DNA of 64,000 nt from sequence record MN101225.1; one strand, 5' to 3'. Under the pieces are notes generated by a model that searched no databases, had not been told where the DNA came from, and worked only from the letters and a program-made list of their open reading frames with translations. Both the position numbers and the translations under genes were made by a program. Position 1 is the first letter of the stretch, and each line of letters starts with the position of its first letter. Positions 57,571 to 64,000 of the stretch are shown piece after piece. Source of the stretch: Klebsiella phage KMI11.

Positions 57571-59394
57571 TTAACCTACCCTAATCCAACGATAAACGGT
57601 GATTGTTGGCTGAATTTTAGTGATGTCATTTGGAACTACACCATTGTTTACTGCAACAGTGTCTTCACGGTATTTAGAATAACCTGGACCTTGTGCATCT
57701 GGGTCTAATTGACATCCGCCAATAACTACGCTGCCATGTTCAGGGTCTGAAATTAGAACTTTGTCCCTTGACATTAACTCAGGAATGTGTTCTTTTCCTA
57801 ATGTAAATGTCAAATCACCAACTGTTCCACCTGCTGTTAACGATGGTTGCCCGTTTTCGTTTAGGTTATTATTGTTACGCGCAAAATAAGGGTCAGATGA
57901 ATCATTATTCCAACCCGCAGTAACACGACCCTGAGAGTAAAGCTTCCATACACCAAATCCCATGTAATCGGCAGGGTTTGCATGGTTATGAGCGTTTTCA
58001 TAAATCGTACCAATCGGATAAATTACGTCAAAGAATGCTGCAATGTTATTGACTTTAATCATAACATCATCAGCGACAGGACGCATATTTTTCTGATTTG
58101 GTTCATCATAGTTAGTGTATTCAATGCGATTTTTTAGAGTTACTAATTGCTCAGCATTCATATACACTTGGTCGGTTTCTGCCATGATATCATCGATGTT
58201 CATAGTAGTACCGATGTTGTTGTTGAACCAACGAACAGTAAGAAGGTCTTTATCCTCGAACGCTTCGCCAAAAATAATAGCTTCTACGTTAATACCAGTC
58301 GAGTCAAATTCCAGTCTGTAATCTTGGTTAGAATTTACCCATTGACCACCGTTGTTTATACAGTCTTCTGCATATCCGCCTTCCGCGCCTTCACAATAAA
58401 ATAAAGGAAGACCTGCAGTTCCAGCTTCGAGTAATTCCTTTCCGTTCAATGAAATTTCAAGCGAGTTAGGATTTACCCCTACGCCTGGAAGTACACCCAT
58501 GTCATCCAGAGTGATTCTGCGGAGAGTAGCAAGGTTATCTACTATCATTGACCCAGGAATCGTCTGGGATGCAGTCTGGGCTGAATCTCGTATCTGGATA
58601 GCTAACTTGTTGTATGAAGAACGATATACACCAATTCCATCTAAGAAGGTTTCAAATGTTATCACTTCCCCTTCAACACATGGAACTTTTAAACGAATGT
58701 CTTTACCGTTTAATTCTACCAATTGACCCGCTACCGTTCCAGGAGAACCGTAATCAGCATTGGCTTTATCCATAACGCTGGTTTCACCGTAATATAAAAT
58801 ATTACCACGACGATATACATTAAGCGAGTCTTCGTTATATTCTACGCCATCAAAAATGTTAAGAAAGTCAGTCTGACCCGCAGTAGCAATAATTGATTTT
58901 TTCGCTACAGTACTTAAGTTACCATTAGTTAGCTTATCTACAGTTTTATTTTCAATATATTCCCAGCGGCCAGGGGCGCAATAAACCAATTCCAAATCTT
59001 GGAAGTTAGTATTGAAAATTTTAGGAGAAGCTGAACCTTTTAATGTATCGCCTTGAGCAGGAATAACTGTGATTGGGCTTAATCGCCAGGTTGACCAAAC
59101 ATCACGAAGTTTAATAACTTTGTTATAGTCGTTGGCTGTACCCTTTGGAAGCTGAACGTTAACTCTTGCTGCCTGGGTATTAATAGCAAAGGCCTGACCA
59201 AACTTAGCATTTAAAGTAGTTCCAGTAGGGCTAGCTTTAAAAGTTTTCCATGCACCTGCTGCGAATGGAACTGAACCATCACCTAACTCTGAATATAAAT
59301 CATCAAAGTTGTTATTAATTTTAAGACCACCTTTACGGAGGTAATCACCAGACCCATCATCTACTGATTGGCCTACTATCAAATTTTGTTTCAT
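57571..59394 (-). CDS. 10: gp10 baseplate wedge protein
   Basis: 607 aa (T4 602 aa). Synteny. Confidence 0.8.
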   Translation of the reverse strand: MKQNLIVGQSVDDGSGDYLRKGGLKINNNFDDLYSELGDGSVPFAAGAWKTFKASPTGTTLNAKFGQAFAINTQAARVNVQLPKGTANDYNKVIKLRDVWSTWRLSPITVIPAQGDTLKGSASPKIFNTNFQDLELVYCAPGRWEYIENKTVDKLTNGNLSTVAKKSIIATAGQTDFLNIFDGVEYNEDSLNVYRRGNILYYGETSVMDKANADYGSPGTVAGQLVELNGKDIRLKVPCVEGEVITFETFLDGIGVYRSSYNKLAIQIRDSAQTASQTIPGSMIVDNLATLRRITLDDMGVLPGVGVNPNSLEISLNGKELLEAGTAGLPLFYCEGAEGGYAEDCINNGGQWVNSNQDYRLEFDSTGINVEAIIFGEAFEDKDLLTVRWFNNNIGTTMNIDDIMAETDQVYMNAEQLVTLKNRIEYTNYDEPNQKNMRPVADDVMIKVNNIAAFFDVIYPIGTIYENAHNHANPADYMGFGVWKLYSQGRVTAGWNNDSSDPYFARNNNNLNENGQPSLTAGGTVGDLTFTLGKEHIPELMSRDKVLISDPEHGSVVIGGCQLDPDAQGPGYSKYREDTVAVNNGVVPNDITKIQPTITVYRWIRVG

Positions 59395-60305
59395 TATTGA
59401 GATACCCCTACGGTCTGTGTAGCAATAACTTTAACTGCCAAACGTGCGTTTCCATAAGATGTTGAAGCTGTGCATATTAAATCTTTCTGCGCGTTAATAG
59501 AGTATGAAATAGAATACATCTTTTCATTTTCAGATGATTCACCGCTTCTTAACACTGCATATTCAGTGTCAAATACTCTTCCGTTTGGCGCTGATGAAGT
59601 AATAGTCGGATCAATCATAAGCATAACTTCAGATGATTGCCTTTTGATGGTTTGACCACCCGGATTTGCACTGAAGCTTAATAACAATTTAACGGTGGAG
59701 TAATCATCATTATATCCAATGCGGATATTAATAGGAGAACTTGTTAAATTATATGTAGCTTCTAATGGCGAATATGTGCTGCCAAACATACTTGAAATTG
59801 AATAATCCCAAACAGCAGCACCGTTAGCTTTTACCTCAACACACCATAGCTCAATTCTGCATCTTGGGGTATTAATAACTAACTCTCGCGATCCATCTTT
59901 AAATGCATCTGCTACGCCTTCACCATTTGTTGTTATTTTTATGGGTCTAGCTTTTGACGCTGATCCATTACTATTTACAATGAATACAGCTTCTCCCGCT
60001 TTACCCTTTGAAAGACGTATTTGAACTGCACCTTCTGAACAATCTGCGTCTAAACATGCTCCCATTGGAACTGTTCCTGCAGAGTTAGCATCACCAAATT
60101 TTACCTTTTGATAATAGCTTGTTGCATGAATTTTTTGACTTCCTTTTCCAGACCCTGCAGCAAATAACCTTTGATCTCCAAATGCGTTATAAATGGCGTC
60201 ATAGTTTTGATTTATTTTGACGCCGCCAGCATATAAAATGTCGCCCGTAGAAGCATTACCTACTTCACCGACGTCAATAACCTTTTTACCTTCATCTACA
60301 TACAT
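59394..60305 (-). CDS. 9: gp9 baseplate wedge / long tail fibre socket
   Basis: 303 aa. ...IDTGE.GNASTGDIL..GG.KIN..(F/Y).AIYNAFGDQ... and C-terminal ...AAVKVIATQ..GV.Q as in T4 gp9. Confidence 0.9.
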   Translation of the reverse strand: MYVDEGKKVIDVGEVGNASTGDILYAGGVKINQNYDAIYNAFGDQRLFAAGSGKGSQKIHATSYYQKVKFGDANSAGTVPMGACLDADCSEGAVQIRLSKGKAGEAVFIVNSNGSASKARPIKITTNGEGVADAFKDGSRELVINTPRCRIELWCVEVKANGAAVWDYSISSMFGSTYSPLEATYNLTSSPINIRIGYNDDYSTVKLLLSFSANPGGQTIKRQSSEVMLMIDPTITSSAPNGRVFDTEYAVLRSGESSENEKMYSISYSINAQKDLICTASTSYGNARLAVKVIATQTVGVSQ

Positions 60306-60332
60306 AGTAGTAACCTCTTATCAAAGTATAGT

Positions 60333-60340
60333 CCTATTTA
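60333..60340 (-). promoter_or_regulatory. late promoter TATAAATA for the gene 9 operon
   Basis: + strand tatttata, 28 nt upstream of the gene 9 start. Confidence 0.6.
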
Positions 60341-60347
60341 TATAAAA

Positions 60348-60366
60348 ATGGGGAGCCGAAGGCTCC
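60348..60366 (-). terminator. terminator hairpin after gene 8
   Basis: - strand ggggagcc-ttc-ggctcccc followed by atttttat. Confidence 0.7.
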
Positions 60367-60372
60367 CCATAA

Positions 60373-61401
60373 TTAAAACTCGAAAATTAAGTTTAATTCT
60401 TCCGTTTGGTCCATTGAACGAATAATAGGTTGCCGATTTTCCATGTAAATCATTTCACCTGACTGTCTTTCAAGACCAGAAGCACTATACCAGCCTTTTT
60501 CAGCCTTAACGTTAGGAGAATTTGGCATTGGCTTAACTTCAAGCGGATTAGTTATAATTGATAGCTGTCTAAATCCGGTATTTCCTGGAAGACTGAACTC
60601 CGGAAAATAAACCGCATCAAGATACGCTTTAAATCTAATCGTATTACACTTCATACGATAGATTAGGTTAAAGTCGTTTTGTTGCCAAGTTAAGTTGTTT
60701 TGAAATCCCCATCGAGCTGGAGATTCTTGAATCTCTTCTGGCCAAGGAACTACAATATATTCATTTGTGCATCTATTGATTGATACATCAGCTGGGATTT
60801 CATATAGATATTCCCAAAGATATCCATCACCTAAATCGACAGTACCATTTGCATCACCACGACCACGAGGAGCTGAACCTGAAATAGCTGATGGTGTCCA
60901 TTTACCCCCAAGCTTAATACATTCGTCTTTGCTTGTAAGATTTCCAATTGAACACATTCCGTCTTTTGGAACATCAATACATCTATATACCATCCATCCA
61001 AATCCAGCGTCAGTTCTGTTATATGGCGCAGAGTTAGCAACAACAATGTCGCCAATCAAAAATGTACGCGGGTTAGGATATCTAGTATCACCCCAGTCTC
61101 TTCTTGGAACAACACAATCAAGCATTGATGATTCAATTTTGACCGCGCCCATCATATTTGTCCAAACATCAACCACACCGTCTTCATTATCGGCCGGGTA
61201 TGGAGGTGCAAATCCGGGTTCAGATTCGTTATCTGACCACGGAGTGCTTTTACCAAATGAAACATACAACGTGTTTTGGTCCGTTCCCGGACCAATTGAT
61301 TTATAAAATGTGTACATCTTTTCAGTTCTAAACTTAGATGTAATGATAGCACGATAAATCGTGCTACGCGTTGAACTTGCTCTTGTTGAATTACTCATCA
61401 A
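60373..61401 (-). CDS. 8: gp8 baseplate wedge protein
   Basis: 342 aa (T4 334 aa). Synteny. Confidence 0.8.
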   Translation of the reverse strand: MMSNSTRASSTRSTIYRAIITSKFRTEKMYTFYKSIGPGTDQNTLYVSFGKSTPWSDNESEPGFAPPYPADNEDGVVDVWTNMMGAVKIESSMLDCVVPRRDWGDTRYPNPRTFLIGDIVVANSAPYNRTDAGFGWMVYRCIDVPKDGMCSIGNLTSKDECIKLGGKWTPSAISGSAPRGRGDANGTVDLGDGYLWEYLYEIPADVSINRCTNEYIVVPWPEEIQESPARWGFQNNLTWQQNDFNLIYRMKCNTIRFKAYLDAVYFPEFSLPGNTGFRQLSIITNPLEVKPMPNSPNVKAEKGWYSASGLERQSGEMIYMENRQPIIRSMDQTEELNLIFEF

Positions 61402-64000
61402 TTTTTACCTGTGTCGGATTTTCAGGATCGCGAGGATTACCTGCATCGTCTTTAAGACGTTGGTTAACTAAATCGCGATAATTAGCAAACGTTACTGCTG
61501 ATTGGTCAAACGTAGGACTTAACGGTTTACGTCGTTGTCCAGGGTTTTGTCCAGCGATAACACTATTGTTATTTTCTTGATTATAGTTAGCAGGTAACGG
61601 GAAAGGTTCACCAGCTTGAGTCCGTGAAGAATACCTAGGCTCATTGGTTATTGGGTCTCTTTCTATTGTATCATCTGAAGCGATAATAGCAACTCTATCA
61701 GGATAAACTGATGGCAGTCCTGCATCCCATTTATAGTTCTTGAGTTTATTTATGATAGTCTCAACATGCTTCATATTTAAGCCACTATTGATAAACATTG
61801 TCAGCAATGTTATACCAATGAAACCGAAACCTACCGGATGAACAAACCTTAATACATCGTCGCGGAAACGAGAAGTAGGAAGCTGAGACTTAATTTTCAT
61901 AACATAGTAAGAACGGCTGCGGTTTATATAATCAATGTTATTACTCAACATATCCTTTCCGCGGACACCTTGAACTATAATACCCTCAAAGTCCGTACGC
62001 TCTGATTTAATTTCCTGGCCTTCAATGAACCGTCCTGATAAGTTATGAATAGTAATACGCCATAACAGACGACCATCCCAGTATTCTCTCTCGATATAAG
62101 TCACATTGCTACGACCGGAAGCAGTATAAATCGTACGACCAACTAAATCGTCAGAAATATTTGTGCTTTCAACAATAATGTCATATTCGGTAGTGTTCTT
62201 TGACTCAATATCGATTTCAACATCTTCGTTATAAAGAAGCTTAAACAGGAACTTATATGAGTCTTCAATTCCTTTAGTAGCATAGAAATCATTCTTGCGT
62301 GCTTCAAAGAAACGGACGACAGCGTCACGAGCGTCTTTACTCAGATAAATGTTGCGTTTATAAACTTCTGACCACAGATATTCCCATGCATTTTCTTCGC
62401 GAGGATATTTGTTCTTAACAAGATTAACGAGACTGTTGTAATGTGTTCCATTTCCATCTGAAAGGAATTGGAGATAGTACTTACAAAAGTGTTCAAAATT
62501 ACTATCTTGTAGCAAGTAACTATCCGGCATCATTTTAGTAAGATACGGACGTAAATCTGGGTCACGTAAGCCTGGAGTATGTTCAGGTGTCCAGTCTTCT
62601 TCCCGTGTTTGGTTCTGTAGAAATGCCTTAAACATTACATCAGTTGGTTTCCAGTTAAGCGTTACCTGGTCACGAACACGGTAGTCAAATGCGTAATAGC
62701 CTATCAGTTTTCCGTCTGGTTCGTGAAACATGATGCCAGAAGCATACTGCAAAAATCCATTAAATGAAACTGGAGGGCAATAAAACGTTGCGTCACCTTT
62801 ATCCCACACTTCCGATAGAATACGCTCGGTAGTTCCCTGCGCCGCTGCATCTACTCTTTTTTGATAAAGAATATCATTATAAATGACAACTGCATGGTCA
62901 GCTGTACTTATCCAGCATCTGTTGCCTTCACGAGCCATCCAGACAAACCAAGGTTCAGCATAAAACCTCATAGGTCCAGGAACAAATGTTTCCCATCTTG
63001 AAAATTCATCTGCTCTGAAACTCATCATGTGATAATGCTTATCAGAGTGATACTGAATTGGGTTAACATTTTTAACTGCGGTAGAAATTAGTTCTGGATA
63101 TTTCGTCTCAAGCTCAATATCCTGAGCGTACTCTGTTGTCTTAAAATTAGCTGATGAAAAGAATATTTCCTTTCCGTCAGTTGACATAGAAGTCCATAAA
63201 TGCTCTATACGACGTTTTTCTTCATCTGTATTACCGAATACACGTTTCCATTTATTTGTGTCTTCCTGGTAAACATAGACGCCTTTAGTTGCAGAATCCA
63301 CAACGTTCCTTGGGTCTGTTGGGTCTAATCCTAAGGTTTTAACTTCCCCGGTAATAAGGGCAAAGATTTTGCCTCCAACGGAATCCATTTTAAAGCATAC
63401 AGATTTAGGATTGCCTGTTATATGAGATACTTCCTTTTCAAACACCTTTTCACCAAATGTAGGACTTAAAGGGTCAGTATCTATTGGAGCATCTTTTAAT
63501 TTAACTTTACGGACAGTGTCTTTTGCAACAACGTACAAATAGTCATCATTACATGTAAACGCTTCAGCATATTTGGTAACGTCAGCGGGCAATGATGCAT
63601 ACGTTCCGAATAACTCTACTTCAAAGCCAAGCTTTAACTGGTCTCCCAATTTAGCAAATGTAACTTCGTTATCGCTAAACTTAACCTCGTTTGATGACCA
63701 GCGTACGTCAGATGATTTCCTTCCGTAAAAGATTTTATCATATCCTAAAACATAAGAAGTAGTTTTAGATTGATAAATGACTACTCGTGAAACCGGATTT
63801 CCGACGCGGTCATTAAATAACTGAACGTATTGCCAATTCTGTCCTTTGTCATTTGATACTTTAACCATATGTTGGAATCTTTCAAACAGATACAAAATTC
63901 CGTCTATTTCTCCCAGCATAGTTCTATTTTTATCAACACACACTGCTTCAATAGGTCCCTGAATTTCATGATATCCAGATTCACCTACAACGAAGTTTTC
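61391..64000 (-). CDS. 7: gp7 baseplate wedge protein, 5'-truncated by the window edge
   Basis: Frame open to position 64000 (the track start is a GTG). At least 870 aa here; T4 gp7 is 1032 aa. Synteny 7-8-9. Confidence 0.8.
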   Translation of the reverse strand, partial: ENFVVGESGYHEIQGPIEAVCVDKNRTMLGEIDGILYLFERFQHMVKVSNDKGQNWQYVQLFNDRVGNPVSRVVIYQSKTTSYVLGYDKIFYGRKSSDVRWSSNEVKFSDNEVTFAKLGDQLKLGFEVELFGTYASLPADVTKYAEAFTCNDDYLYVVAKDTVRKVKLKDAPIDTDPLSPTFGEKVFEKEVSHITGNPKSVCFKMDSVGGKIFALITGEVKTLGLDPTDPRNVVDSATKGVYVYQEDTNKWKRVFGNTDEEKRRIEHLWTSMSTDGKEIFFSSANFKTTEYAQDIELETKYPELISTAVKNVNPIQYHSDKHYHMMSFRADEFSRWETFVPGPMRFYAEPWFVWMAREGNRCWISTADHAVVIYNDILYQKRVDAAAQGTTERILSEVWDKGDATFYCPPVSFNGFLQYASGIMFHEPDGKLIGYYAFDYRVRDQVTLNWKPTDVMFKAFLQNQTREEDWTPEHTPGLRDPDLRPYLTKMMPDSYLLQDSNFEHFCKYYLQFLSDGNGTHYNSLVNLVKNKYPREENAWEYLWSEVYKRNIYLSKDARDAVVRFFEARKNDFYATKGIEDSYKFLFKLLYNEDVEIDIESKNTTEYDIIVESTNISDDLVGRTIYTASGRSNVTYIEREYWDGRLLWRITIHNLSGRFIEGQEIKSERTDFEGIIVQGVRGKDMLSNNIDYINRSRSYYVMKIKSQLPTSRFRDDVLRFVHPVGFGFIGITLLTMFINSGLNMKHVETIINKLKNYKWDAGLPSVYPDRVAIIASDDTIERDPITNEPRYSSRTQAGEPFPLPANYNQENNNSVIAGQNPGQRRKPLSPTFDQSAVTFANYRDLVNQRLKDDAGNPRDPENPTQVKIDE

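Noticed and set aside
60767-61306. 179-aa + strand ORF
   Set aside because: Antisense to gp8.

Overview
This window is a contiguous piece of a T4-like (Tevenvirinae) myovirus genome, in the orientation opposite to the usual T4 map. Nearly every gene has a recognisable T4 counterpart in conserved order.

Gene content, + strand early/middle block: rnh (3' end), dsbA, 33, 59, 32, frd, td, nrdA, nrdB, denA, rnlA (gene 63), alc, pseT.3/pseT.2 spanins, pseT, cd, 31, rIII, the 30.x cluster, DNA ligase (30) and alt.

Late structural blocks:
- baseplate hub genes 54-48-29-28-27-51 on the - strand;
- 26-25-uvsY on the + strand, then uvsW.1-uvsW on the - strand;
- inh-hoc-24.3-24.2-rnlB on the + strand;
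- a long - strand block 24-23-22-21-68-67-20-19-18-17-16-15-14-13-wac-12-11-10-9-8-7 (7 is partial).

Regulatory signals are recognisable by eye: T4 late promoters (TATAAATA), early promoters (GTTTAC ... TGnTACTAT), three MotA-box middle promoters, and many UUCG/GAAG-tetraloop terminator hairpins.

Main departures from T4 are listed below.
- td and nrdB are both uninterrupted (no group I introns). An I-TevI-like GIY-YIG homing endonuclease gene instead sits free-standing and antisense just downstream of td, with its own late promoter.
- A ~340-bp GC-rich, ORF-less, hairpin-rich segment lies between rIII and the next gene. It is a candidate structured RNA or foreign insert.
- Extra accessory ORFs are present: a 105-aa ORF between frd and td, an 85-aa ORF behind a middle promoter before rnlB, and a 182-aa DprA/Smf-like (SLOG) Rossmann-domain protein between rnlB and gene 24.
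- Hoc has an extra Ig-like domain produced by a tandem duplication visible at the DNA level.
- Several promoters are embedded in perfect inverted repeats.

No CRISPR arrays, rRNA or tRNA genes were seen.
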